A stretch of DNA of 64,000 nt, taken from a virus. The notes below the pieces were generated by a model, which did not search any database, was not told the origin of the DNA, and was given only the letters and a program-made list of their open reading frames with translations. The stretch lies in IMG/VR virus record IMGVR_UViG_3300042146_000099, positions 1 to 64,000 of that record; one strand, written 5' to 3'. Shown here in pieces: positions 27,791 through 36,477 of this stretch; the stretch's first letter is position 1, and each line of letters begins with the position of its first letter. Position numbers and translations under genes: made by a program.

Positions 27791-28290
27791 GCATCTACGC
27801 GTCGATCGAAGGCGTCGGCGGCGACAGCGACCCCGAACACCTCGGCAAGCCCTGGATCTACCGCGGCAGCCACCTCACCCCCGCCGAAGACGACCCCCGC
27901 AACGGCGTGATCGGCCTCGCCCTCATCCCCTCCCACATCACCGCCGACGCCCGCGACGACTCCCCAGCCGACGGCCCACCATGGCCATGGCTACGCCTGC
28001 GCCTCACCGTCGACGGCGACGACCCGACCGTCCTCATCAACCCCGCACAAGCACGGTTCCTCGCCGAGCAGCTCGCTACCTGGGCCGACCGCGCAGACCC
28101 GCCCGAGTTCCCCGGCGGACAGCACTGGTGGATCCACACCCGGCTCCCCTCCGGCAGCAGCGTCTGCGGGCCCGGCAGCAGCGACCGCGACGCCGTCGTT
28201 ACCCGGCTGGCCGAGCTCCGGGCCGCGAACCCGAACGCCACCTACCGGCTCGTCTGCGACACCAGCCGCAGCACCGTGGAGGACGCGTGA
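27787..28290 (+). CDS. Hypothetical protein
   Basis: ATGA overlap; PWIYRGSH motif. Confidence 0.65.
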   Translation: MSIYASIEGVGGDSDPEHLGKPWIYRGSHLTPAEDDPRNGVIGLALIPSHITADARDDSPADGPPWPWLRLRLTVDGDDPTVLINPAQARFLAEQLATWADRADPPEFPGGQHWWIHTRLPSGSSVCGPGSSDRDAVVTRLAELRAANPNATYRLVCDTSRSTVEDA

Positions 28291-28751
28291 CCGACCAGCC
28301 CAAGGAACACGACGTCGTGCGCGCCGCACGCCTCGACAGCCTCAGCGTCCTTCTCACCCGCATCGCCAACGGCCGAACGCTCACCCCGGAAGAGGCCCGG
28401 CTCCTGGTGAAGCACGTGGGCGTCGAGGTCAGCGAGTCCACGACCGCGCGAGCCGTCGGCGCCGAACTCGCCGCGCTCACCCAGCGTCTCGACATCGGCG
28501 ACGCACAAGCCTGGTGCAAGTACTGCCGCCGCGCCTGGGACAGCCCCGCACACCGCTGCGAGTCGGACGCTGAGCAGCGGGTGCAGCGGATCGCTGAACT
28601 CCGTGATCGGTGGCTGATGGCCGGGCCGCCGCCCCTCGGCACGCCCCTCGCACGCTGGTGGGACAAGCGGCTCGCTGAACTGAACGCCGCCCTCGACGAG
28701 CCCGCACCCGCCACGCCGACAGCGACCCAAGCGACCGACCAACCGAAGTGA
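28287..28751 (+). CDS. Hypothetical protein
   Basis: GTGA overlap; GPPPLGT...RWWDKRLAEL. Confidence 0.65.
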   Translation: MTDQPKEHDVVRAARLDSLSVLLTRIANGRTLTPEEARLLVKHVGVEVSESTTARAVGAELAALTQRLDIGDAQAWCKYCRRAWDSPAHRCESDAEQRVQRIAELRDRWLMAGPPPLGTPLARWWDKRLAELNAALDEPAPATPTATQATDQPK

Positions 28752-28775
28752 ACACGCCTGCCGCAAACAGCGAAA

Positions 28776-28800
28776 CGCCCGCCCTCACCCAGGACGGGCG
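28776..28800. terminator. Hairpin between convergent genes
   Basis: CGCCCGCCCT-N5-AGGACGGGCG. Confidence 0.5.
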
Positions 28801-28816
28801 CTTCCACACACCGCGC

Positions 28817-28993
28817 TCAGACCGACGACTGGAACGCCGCCACCGACACCCTGCCCGGACCCTTCGGCTCCTGCCCGCGGGGCGCGATCCGCGTCAACGC
28901 CGGCGAACCACCACCGCGGGCGAGACGGGCGAGCGGCACCCGCTCCGGACCGTCAGGCTCGGGCTGGTCGCCGGGGAGGAGGATCGTGTTCAT
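28817..28993 (-). CDS. FxSxx-COOH-type RiPP precursor-like peptide (58 aa)
   Basis: Hand translation MNTILLPGDQPEPDGPERVPLARLARGGGSPALTRIAPRGQEPKGPGRVSVAAFQSSV*; ends in AAFQSSV and has a VPLxxL...ALxRI leader pattern. Confidence 0.78.
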   Translation of the reverse strand: MNTILLPGDQPEPDGPERVPLARLARGGGSPALTRIAPRGQEPKGPGRVSVAAFQSSV

Positions 28994-29438
28994 CGGCTAC
29001 TCGCTCTCGTCGTGCTGGTGCTGTGGGGACCGTACCGGGCGCGCGGGGTCTGGCATGCTGGTTGCGGCAACGCTCGTCTGCTCGCGGGAAACCCGGGCCC
29101 CCGAGAATCCGTCGGGTGACAGCCGGGCGGGCCGTCTGCCGGGACAAGGCCGGAACCAGGGAACTGGATCCCTCCCGCACTGCGGTTCCCCGTCGGGGAG
29201 GTCAGCCGCGCGGGATGCGGCCCCCGGAGACAGCACACGGCCCGCCACCCTGACTGGGGTAGCGGGCCGTTGCCACGGGGCGCCCTCCGCTGCGGACCAC
29301 CGACCGTACGCGCACGGTGTGGGTGAGGGAAGACCTCGAACGGGTGAACGGCACCCACTGTCGTACCCGCCCCGTACCCTGATCGTGCTGGCCCGTCGCA
29401 AGCTGCTGCCGACCGGTCAGTGGTGCTGAACAACAAGA

Positions 29439-29469
29439 GCGCCCCGCCTCACTGACCGAGGCGGGGCGC
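29439..29469 (-). terminator. Hairpin terminator after the DUF6221-like gene
   Basis: GCGCCCCGCCTC-N7-GAGGCGGGGCGC followed on the minus strand by TCTTGTTGTT. Confidence 0.65.
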
Positions 29470-29502
29470 AGCTGTTCGGGGCTCAACCCCACGACGTGTC
29501 GC

Positions 29503-29922
29503 TCATGGCCAGTCCTCCTTATATCCGGGCCTGTCAGCGTATGGGAGGGCCATCTCGCGGACGGTCTGTTTCGCGAAGTGCACAAGACGCGGGATGCCGG
29601 ACAGCATCTCCTCCTCGCAGCGGATGAGCATGCGCCTCTTGGCGTCGATCTCGCGCAGGACACGCGCCGGATCATGACGGGCGATGAATGCCGCCTGCCG
29701 CGCGCCGAGCGGGTTCAAATCATGACGCGTCGGCAGCCCGCTCTCCGGGTCGGTGTCGTACTCCAGCACGGGATTGCCCATGTCGTCGTAGATCGCGCCA
29801 TCACCCCGTTCGTGAGCGATCAGTTCCCAGCAGTCCCCGCCGTCCTGCCGTGCCGCACGCGCGGCCGCTTCTTCGGCGTCGAGCTGGGTGCTGAGCCAGC
29901 GCACAAGATCCTCCACGATCAC
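29503..29922 (-). CDS. DUF6221-like actinophage protein
   Basis: AFIARHDPARVLREIDAKRR...ALPYADRPGY.EDW. Confidence 0.8.
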   Translation of the reverse strand: MIVEDLVRWLSTQLDAEEAAARAARQDGGDCWELIAHERGDGAIYDDMGNPVLEYDTDPESGLPTRHDLNPLGARQAAFIARHDPARVLREIDAKRRMLIRCEEEMLSGIPRLVHFAKQTVREMALPYADRPGYKEDWP

Positions 29923-30440
29923 CCCTCCGACTCCTGCTGCGCCTTCTTCTTCGCCCGGTCAGCCTTGGCCCGTTGCGCCGTACTCACGCCCTTGCTGATC
30001 TGCTGGGCGCGCTCCGGCGTGACACCGTAGGGCGTGATCACGACCAACGGCTTCCTCTGCCTAGTCACAACGATGGGCATGCCTGACTCTGCCACCTGAT
30101 CGATGGTCCCTCCCGCCCCCAGCGTGAAGCGCGAGATCGGCAGCACCTCGCCGGGAGGCGCGCCGTGTACAGCGTGCACCCAGCGGACGGACGCCACGTT
30201 GTAGCGGGGGTGCTCCTCGTGGATCACACGCTGCTCCTCGGCCCACGCCGCCTCGCGGTCCGGAAGCCACCGGATCTCCTTGGTCGAAACTTCCGGCCAC
30301 CATTCCTTGTCGGCCTTGTGATCCGCGAAGCGCGTCTTGATGTCGTAGGTGATACCCACATACAGCAGCGTCTCGTCAGCGTCATAAAGCCGGTATACGG
30401 CTGTCTCGCGGGGGCCGCTGGATCGGTTCGGTACAGTCAA
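29919..30440 (-). CDS. GIY-YIG nuclease-like domain fused to a Phd/YefM-like domain (copy 1)
   Basis: TAVYRLYD...LLYVGIT...RF..H...E...I..EHPRYN; C-terminal IDQVAESGMPIVVTRQRKPLVVITP. Confidence 0.78.
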   Translation of the reverse strand: MTVPNRSSGPRETAVYRLYDADETLLYVGITYDIKTRFADHKADKEWWPEVSTKEIRWLPDREAAWAEEQRVIHEEHPRYNVASVRWVHAVHGAPPGEVLPISRFTLGAGGTIDQVAESGMPIVVTRQRKPLVVITPYGVTPERAQQISKGVSTAQRAKADRAKKKAQQESEG

Positions 30441-30509
30441 GGCAGTGCCTTCCTTGCTTGGTTCGGCGCTTCACAGCCCGAGTGGCCTGGACCGCCGCTC
30501 GGGCTTCTC

Positions 30510-30812
30510 TCATTCCTCAGCAGGCTTCTTCCGGGGCTTCGTGCCCCACGCGCTGCCGTGGCCCCGCTCGATGTTCTGGACGACTCCGAGAGGCAGCTTC
30601 AGCCGGGCGGCGATCTTCCGATACGAGATCTCCTGCGCGCGCATCAGCTCGATCGCCTGCCGCTGGAACTCGCGCAACTCGGGCGCCCGCTCCTTGTAGC
30701 TGGCCAACACCTCGCTACTCACCACGGCGCGCTCGATCGGGTCCTCGATCTCGTCGATCTCTCTCAGAGCGTCGATCACCTTGCGCGCCTCCTCGGTGAC
30801 GTCGTCGATCAT
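30510..30812 (-). CDS. HTH regulator divergent from the transfer operon
   Basis: ISYRKIAARLKLPLGVVQNIERG. Confidence 0.75.
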   Translation of the reverse strand: MIDDVTEEARKVIDALREIDEIEDPIERAVVSSEVLASYKERAPELREFQRQAIELMRAQEISYRKIAARLKLPLGVVQNIERGHGSAWGTKPRKKPAEE

Positions 30813-30849
30813 TCCCGTCCTCCCAATGGGGCGGGCCACTTGCCTCAGT

Positions 30850-30865
30850 GTATGCCATGGCATAC
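30850..30865. promoter_or_regulatory. Perfect 16-bp palindrome GTATGCCATGGCATAC (candidate operator)
   Basis: Lies in the divergent intergenic region. Confidence 0.6.
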
Positions 30866-30984
30866 GCTCGGATCGAGGGGCCAGCCCAAGGTTCCTCAGC
30901 ACCAACAGGAATGCCCCGGACAGGAGTTCGCACCTCCTGCCGGGGCCAGCCATCCCCCTGCCGTGAACAGGAAGGACAGCCACC

Positions 30985-31185
30985 GTGGATCGTAACGGCC
31001 AGCCGCAAGCCGGGCCCAGCCCCCGCGCCATCGCCATCCGCAACGCCGCCGACGCGGCCAACGCCTACCAGGCCAGCCCGGACACGTACACGCTGCACCG
31101 CATGCAGTCCGCCGTACAGACCGCGCAAAACCTCGGCGCCACCCTCCGCGACATCCGCGCCGCACGCCCGGCGGTGACCTCGTGA
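30985..31185 (+). CDS. Small hypothetical protein
   Basis: AAGGA RBS; AQNLGATLRDIRAA resembles the C-terminus of 31544-31735. Confidence 0.6.
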   Translation: MDRNGQPQAGPSPRAIAIRNAADAANAYQASPDTYTLHRMQSAVQTAQNLGATLRDIRAARPAVTS

Positions 31186-31283
31186 CCTGCTGCGGCCGAC
31201 CCCTCCAGCGCGACGGCCAGCAACTTGTCTGCGGACGCTGCGCCGCCTGGTACGACCCCGGCACCCAAGGAGCCGACCGATGA
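31182..31283 (+). CDS. 33-aa Zn-ribbon peptide
   Basis: Hand translation MTCCGRPLQRDGQQLVCGRCAAWYDPG...; coupled at both ends. Confidence 0.55.
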   Translation: MTCCGRPLQRDGQQLVCGRCAAWYDPGTQGADR

Positions 31284-31468
31284 GCGGCACCTACCCGTAC
31301 ACCCACACCTGGGACGAGGACGGCATCCAACGCCAAGCCCAAATCCACCTCGCCGACAACGGCAGCGAAGCCGTCTGGGACCCACGCACCCCCGGCGACT
31401 CCTACCCGTGGCAAGACCTCGACAACGAGAACCGCCGCCACAGCGACAGCGAAATCACCACCCTCTGA
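31280..31468 (+). CDS. Small acidic protein
   Basis: AAGGAG RBS; ATGA overlap. Confidence 0.6.
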   Translation: MSGTYPYTHTWDEDGIQRQAQIHLADNGSEAVWDPRTPGDSYPWQDLDNENRRHSDSEITTL

Positions 31469-31543
31469 ACCCCCCAAGACCGCCGCGCGCCCAGTACCAC
31501 CCCCCGGCTGGGCGCGCGGCCTCGACTCCGAGAGGACCCCGCC

Positions 31544-31735
31544 ATGGGACTCAGGAACACCGTCGCCTTCGCCGCCACCCACGTCGCGGCCCAAGCCGCG
31601 CTGGACGCCGAAAACGCCGCCCCCGAAGACACGGCCGCGCTCACCCAGAAGGCGGAAGAGAAAGCCGCCCGCGCCGTCAGCCTCGGCGTAACCCCTGAGG
31701 ACATCGCCGCCGCCACCAGCCTGCGCCGCCACTGA
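31544..31735 (+). CDS. Small hypothetical protein
   Basis: GAGGA RBS. Confidence 0.6.
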   Translation: MGLRNTVAFAATHVAAQAALDAENAAPEDTAALTQKAEEKAARAVSLGVTPEDIAAATSLRRH

Positions 31736-31772
31736 CCGGCTGCCCGATCCGCCCATCCGAGAGGAACCCGCC

Positions 31773-31916
31773 ATGGACAAGAAGGTCACGATCTACGAAT
31801 CCGACGGCGACGTCATCGAAACCAAGACCAGCGACGACGACACCGCCGCCGCCTACGAAGACCTGCCCTTCCAAGTCGGCCACATCACCCGCGTCGACGT
31901 GACCGACGCCGACTGA
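31773..31916 (+). CDS. 47-aa acidic peptide (MDKKVTIYESDGD...)
   Basis: Hand translation; GAGGA RBS. Confidence 0.6.
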   Translation: MDKKVTIYESDGDVIETKTSDDDTAAAYEDLPFQVGHITRVDVTDAD

Positions 31917-31933
31917 AGCGACGAGGACCCGCC

Positions 31934-32347
31934 ATGACCGACACCATCGAAGCCATCCGCTACACCGCCGATGTCGTCGTCACCACCACCGACGGCCACG
32001 TCCTCCTCATCGAACGCGGCTGGGACCCCCACAAGGGCGCGTGGGCGCTGCCCGGCGGCCACGTCGACCCCGGCGAGACGTCCCGCACGGCCGCCGCTCG
32101 CGAGCTGGCCGAAGAGGCCGGCGTGCACGCGGCACCCACCGAACTCGTCCAGGTCGGTGTGTTCGACCAGCCCGGCCGTGACCCGCGCGGCCGGTACGTC
32201 ACCGTCGCCTACCAGCTGACCGTCATCCCCGGAACGATCACCGAGCCGGGTGACGACGCGGTGCGCGCCGAATGGTGGCCGCTGAACGCCCTTCCCCGGC
32301 TGGCGTTCGACCACGCCGACATCCTCGCCGCCGCCCTCCAGAACTGA
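31934..32347 (+). CDS. Nudix hydrolase (as found in AICE/pSAM2-type transfer regions)
   Basis: Nudix box GGHVDPGETSRTAAARELAEEAGV; RDPRGR; LAFDH. Confidence 0.93.
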   Translation: MTDTIEAIRYTADVVVTTTDGHVLLIERGWDPHKGAWALPGGHVDPGETSRTAAARELAEEAGVHAAPTELVQVGVFDQPGRDPRGRYVTVAYQLTVIPGTITEPGDDAVRAEWWPLNALPRLAFDHADILAAALQN

Positions 32348-32442
32348 CCGACTGGCGGTAGCCCACGGCCCACGTCCCAACCGGTACGCGGGCCCTGGAA
32401 ATCCACCAGCCACCACCGCACCAACCCGAAAGGAGCCCCGCC

Positions 32443-33378
32443 GTGACCAGTCGACAGCCGGCCACTGAGCGCCGCTTCACGACTCTCACCCCGATCGCCC
32501 TGGTCTTCACCGCGGTGTCGCTGTGCTGGACTGGCTGGTCTATCACCGACCTGATCGAGTCCGGCGCCTGGGGCATCCTCGCCGCCGTGTCCGTCGACGG
32601 CCTGTGGGGAGTCGTCCAGTACCTCTCCTACAAGCGGATCGGCGGCCGAACCATCGAGGTCGTGGAATGGGTGACGCTCGTCGTCGCCTGCGCCCTCCTC
32701 GCCTGGCACGGCTGGACCATCACCCCGGCCGCGGCGTTCGCCGGCGCGCTCCCCCCGATCGTCGCGAAGATCTCGTGGGTCGGGGACATCCGGCTGCGCA
32801 TCCTGCGCTCTTACGATCCGACCGCGCTGACTGCGGAGCAGGAAGCCGAGATCAACGACGTTATCCGCGACAGCGAGTACCAGGCCCGCCTGAAGGCCGC
32901 GCAGATCGAGCGGGAGGCTGCGGAGGACATCGCCGCGATCCGCGCCAAGGGCAAGGTCGACATGGAACGCCTTGAGGTCGACTTCGAGGTGGGCATCAAG
33001 GAGATCACCACGCGGGCCGACCTGAAGCGGCGGACTCCGGTCACGATCGACGATCAAGGCGCCGAGCGCGCCGAACCCGAACCCGGCCCGGTGGTCGCCG
33101 CGCTCACCGAACAGTTCGCGAGTCTGCGGTCCGTCCTCGGCGAACTCGCTCGCGATCGCACCGCCGAACTCGACCCGAACCCGCTGGTCAACACGGCGAA
33201 TCAGGTTCGCGAACCCGTCGCGAGCGTGGCCGATCTCGCTCGCGATTTCGTCGGGAAGATGAGCGACAACAAGCACGTAACGGAAGCGATCATGCGCGTC
33301 CGTCCGGAGGCCAACCGGGACTCCGTTGCCGCCGCCGTCCGCAAGGCGCGCAAGACAGCCGAAGGGCCGTACCTGTGA
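32443..33378 (+). CDS. SpdB-like multi-TM spreading/transfer protein
   Basis: About 4 N-terminal TM helices, coiled coil, low-complexity linker and basic C-terminus; lies upstream of TraB. Confidence 0.65.
   Translation: MTSRQPATERRFTTLTPIALVFTAVSLCWTGWSITDLIESGAWGILAAVSVDGLWGVVQYLSYKRIGGRTIEVVEWVTLVVACALLAWHGWTITPAAAFAGALPPIVAKISWVGDIRLRILRSYDPTALTAEQEAEINDVIRDSEYQARLKAAQIEREAAEDIAAIRAKGKVDMERLEVDFEVGIKEITTRADLKRRTPVTIDDQGAERAEPEPGPVVAALTEQFASLRSVLGELARDRTAELDPNPLVNTANQVREPVASVADLARDFVGKMSDNKHVTEAIMRVRPEANRDSVAAAVRKARKTAEGPYL
33072..33246 (+). repeat. Co-oriented 8-bp repeats CGAACYCG (clt-like locus)
   Basis: Copies at 33072, 33078, 33141, 33165, 33176 and 33210; five TCGCGA palindromes interleaved. 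Confidence 0.55.
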
Positions 33379-33674
33379 CCAAGCCGACGCTCCTCCTCGT
33401 GTCCGTGGCCGGCCTCCTCGCCGCCGCGATTGCCGCCTCGTGGTTCCCCAGCAGCCCGCTCCTCGCGGCCGTCGCCGGGTATTGCGCGGTCGTCGGGTCG
33501 CTCGCCCACGCCACCGGCGCTCCCGTGTGGCGGACCGTCGGCGCGTCCTGCCTGCTGCTCGCCGCGACGCTCGCCCTGCTCCTGAAGGCGCTGCGGCACC
33601 TGATCGACCTGACCCTGTGGATCCTCGGCGCCACCAGCGCCGTTGCCCTCACCGCTGCGAAGGCCACCGCATGA
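33375..33674 (+). CDS. Small multi-TM (Spd-like) protein
   Basis: Almost wholly hydrophobic; coupled to both neighbours. Confidence 0.6.
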   Translation: MTKPTLLLVSVAGLLAAAIAASWFPSSPLLAAVAGYCAVVGSLAHATGAPVWRTVGASCLLLAATLALLLKALRHLIDLTLWILGATSAVALTAAKATA

Positions 33675-35626
33675 ACACCCCCAACGCCCCGGTGTACACG
33701 CCGATCCCGATGACGATGACGGCCGACGGCGCCACCGCCCAGTACAAAATCCCAGGTCACGGCCTTGCGGTGTCGTCGTCGTCATCGTCGTCGTCACGCC
33801 GGACCTGGAACCGCTGCCTGTACTGCGCCACCACCTTCGGCCAGTGGATCGCACGCCGCCGCTACGAACTCGCCCCCGCCGCCGGCACCAGCCTGATCAC
33901 CACGCTCGGCCTCGCCCAAGACGGAATGGGCGCAGCCCTCGCCTACGGCACCCTCGCCGCCGGAGCCGGTGCCGCCGCTCTCGCCGGCCTGAAGCACAAG
34001 AACCCGCTCGTCACACACGTCGGGGCCGCCGGATTCATCGCCCTCGCCGACATCACCACCGCGGTCACCGCCGGGTTCTCGTGGCCGACCGCGACCGCCT
34101 GGGCCCTGTCCACGGGCGCCGCGTACGGGGTGTACGGGCCGTGGCTCGCCACCCAGCGCAACGCCCGAATGAAGCTGCACGTCGACACCGTCAAAGCCAA
34201 GGGCGCCGTCCCCGAGGCGCTCGGCCTGGAAGCCGCCGACCCCGGCCTGACCGGAGCGTCCCCCGAGGAGACAGCGCTGCGCCGCGGCTTCCACGCCCTC
34301 ACCGGCGCCGTACCGCTCGCCGTCACTGCGTTCCACCGCATGGCCGACGGCTCCTGGTCGTGCCTGCTGAAGACGCCGCCCGGGAAGAACACCGCGCCCG
34401 CCCTGCTGGCGAAGCGAGCCCAGCAGCTGCAGGCCAACATGGGCGTGCCCGGCAAGCTCACTCTCGCCGAGGGCCCGGAAGCGAACGACTTGATCGTCAA
34501 GGTCGCCATGTCCGACGCGCTCGCCGCCACCCTCACCGTCACCGACACCGGCGTCACCACCTGCCGCGAACCCGTCCTCCTCGGCCGCGACGAAGACAGC
34601 AACGAGTTCCTCCTCACCTTGCTGTACCGGCACACCCTCGTGGCCGGCGCCTCCGACTGGGGGAAGTCCGGCATCGTCAACCTCATCCTGAAGCGCCTGA
34701 ACCGGTGCACGGATGTGGACCTGTACGGCATCGACATGAAGCCCGGCGCGCCCGAGCTTGGGCCGTGGCGCGGCCGGATGAAGAAGCTGGCGACCACGAA
34801 GGAGGAAGCCCGCGCGCTGCTGCTGTGGCTCCGCGGTGAGTGCCAGCGGCGTGGCGCGATCCTGGAGGCGCTGTCGAAGCAGGCGATGGCTGAGGGTCGG
34901 GGCCCGGTCCGTAAGTGGATTCCCGGCGTTCACGGGCCTGCGATCTTCGTGGTCACCGACGAGCTCGCCGAGCTGGTCCGCCAGGATCCGGAGCTCGCTG
35001 AGATCTACGAGTCGCTGCTGGCCATCATGCGGTTCCTCGCCATGCAGTGCGTGTCCGCGACCCAGCAGCCGTCCCGGAAAGTCTTCGGCGGGTCCACCGA
35101 CGCCCGCGGCAACTACGGCAACCGCATCTCCACCCGCGCCGGCGAGGCCGGGCACGCGCCGCTCATCTTCGGGCAGGGGTGCCAGAAGAACGGGTGGCGG
35201 CCGGAGCTCCTCGACCTGCCGGGGAAGTTCCTCGCCCAGACCCCGGAGCACGACACCCCGCGTGTGTACCGGGCCGAGTACGTGTCCGACACCGACATCG
35301 CGGCGGAGGTCGGCTTCTACTACTCCGACATGCGGGACACCGAGGAACAGCCCGCGATCACCGACGAGCCATGGGTGAAGATCTTCGCCGACCCGAAGTT
35401 CCCCGACGGCACACCGTGCACCGCAGGCCAGTGGCGGGACCTGTACCGCGTGTTCGCCGACATGAAGGACGGGGCGACGAAGAAGGAACTCGCCGAGGCG
35501 TGCAACATCAGCCGGGACACGGCGATGCGCGCGATCGACGAGTGGACCAAGCACGGGGTGTTGGAGCGCCGCGATGGCCGCTCCCGTCGCTACTACCTGC
35601 CCGGAGCCACCAATGAGTCTGCCTGA
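33671..35626 (+). CDS. traB: TraB-like FtsK/SpoIIIE DNA translocase
   Basis: N-terminal TM helices, Walker A AGASDWGKS, IDMKPG, Walker B VVTDE, ATQQP, C-terminal winged HTH. Confidence 0.85.
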   Translation: MNTPNAPVYTPIPMTMTADGATAQYKIPGHGLAVSSSSSSSSRRTWNRCLYCATTFGQWIARRRYELAPAAGTSLITTLGLAQDGMGAALAYGTLAAGAGAAALAGLKHKNPLVTHVGAAGFIALADITTAVTAGFSWPTATAWALSTGAAYGVYGPWLATQRNARMKLHVDTVKAKGAVPEALGLEAADPGLTGASPEETALRRGFHALTGAVPLAVTAFHRMADGSWSCLLKTPPGKNTAPALLAKRAQQLQANMGVPGKLTLAEGPEANDLIVKVAMSDALAATLTVTDTGVTTCREPVLLGRDEDSNEFLLTLLYRHTLVAGASDWGKSGIVNLILKRLNRCTDVDLYGIDMKPGAPELGPWRGRMKKLATTKEEARALLLWLRGECQRRGAILEALSKQAMAEGRGPVRKWIPGVHGPAIFVVTDELAELVRQDPELAEIYESLLAIMRFLAMQCVSATQQPSRKVFGGSTDARGNYGNRISTRAGEAGHAPLIFGQGCQKNGWRPELLDLPGKFLAQTPEHDTPRVYRAEYVSDTDIAAEVGFYYSDMRDTEEQPAITDEPWVKIFADPKFPDGTPCTAGQWRDLYRVFADMKDGATKKELAEACNISRDTAMRAIDEWTKHGVLERRDGRSRRYYLPGATNESA

Positions 35627-36050
35627 GCCCTACCAGCGCTACGCACACCCGCCCGTCGTCACGCCGGCCAACGTCGAGCTGTACACGGAGCGGCCCCCGA
35701 TCGCCTGGGTTGCTGACCCCCGTGACCCGTCCCTGTCTGTGCCGATTGATGCCCGGCTCATTCAGAGGCCGGAGCCTGCACCGCCGCGGGATTTGACCCC
35801 GCAGCCTCTGTTCGACCCGCTGGCGCAGCGTCTCCTCGCTGGCGGGCTCGGTGTCGGTGCCGCGGGTGCTGGTGTCGGGTTCGGCCTCGGCCAGTTGGCG
35901 GCCGGGTTTGCGTTGATGGGGACGAGTGGGCTGGCGCTGCTGGTCGGCCTGTTGCTGGCGGCCAGCGTGCGGGGTGGGTCGGTGACGCATGTCCGGCAGG
36001 AGGTCCACAACCATGCGAAGTGGTTCGGGAGGAACACGACGAACCTGTGA
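35613..36050 (+). CDS. Membrane protein following TraB
   Basis: Pro-rich N-terminus, Gly-rich TM pair. Confidence 0.65.
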   Translation: MSLPEPYQRYAHPPVVTPANVELYTERPPIAWVADPRDPSLSVPIDARLIQRPEPAPPRDLTPQPLFDPLAQRLLAGGLGVGAAGAGVGFGLGQLAAGFALMGTSGLALLVGLLLAASVRGGSVTHVRQEVHNHAKWFGRNTTNL

Positions 36051-36073
36051 GCGTGCCACACTGAAAGCCCCCT

Positions 36074-36106
36074 GGCCTCGCCGCGTCCCCCCGTCGCGGC
36101 GAGGCC
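36074..36106. terminator. Hairpin between convergent operons
   Basis: GGCCTCGCCGCG-N9-CGCGGCGAGGCC. Confidence 0.6.
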
Positions 36107-36306
36107 GCCTCACATCCGGGAGCCCCTCATGGTCGTCACGATCAAACCCCGTCCGCCGGCCGCCGCGTTGCCGCGTCCGGTGGTGCCTCTCGCGAGGGTG
36201 GTGCCGCGTCCGACAGCTCGGCGGGGTGCGTCGTTCACGTCGGCGTTGTAGCCGTCTACGAGTAGGCCCCGCACCGGTCCGGGCGGGGCTTTCGTCATGC
36301 GGTGAG

Positions 36307-36477
36307 CTACCAGCCGGAGGCGTCGGGCCAGAACTCGTCATCGTCGGGTGGGCAGGTGCACAGGTCAGACCATTCGGCGACGCCGCATTCGCATCGTGGG
36401 CAGTCGCAGGAGCCGATGCCGTCGCCGTATCCGTGGTGCAGGTCGGGGAGGTTGCACACGTCGCATCGCGCGCTCAT
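36307..36477 (-). CDS. 56-aa Cys-rich peptide
   Basis: Hand translation MSARCDVCNLPD...CDCPRCEC...; AGGAG RBS; ATGA overlap. Confidence 0.55.
   Translation of the reverse strand: MSARCDVCNLPDLHHGYGDGIGSCDCPRCECGVAEWSDLCTCPPDDDEFWPDASGW

Noticed and set aside
29919-30440. Classical type II toxin-antitoxin pair
   Set aside because: The Phd-like part is fused to GIY-YIG and no Doc/RelE/PIN toxin is adjacent.
33773-33797. (TCG/TCA)n tract encoding poly-Ser in TraB
   Set aside because: In-frame, imperfect trinucleotide linker; no sign of phase variation.
36110-36298. 62-aa minus-strand ORF
   Set aside because: No RBS or motif and shadow-like composition; not supportable as a gene.
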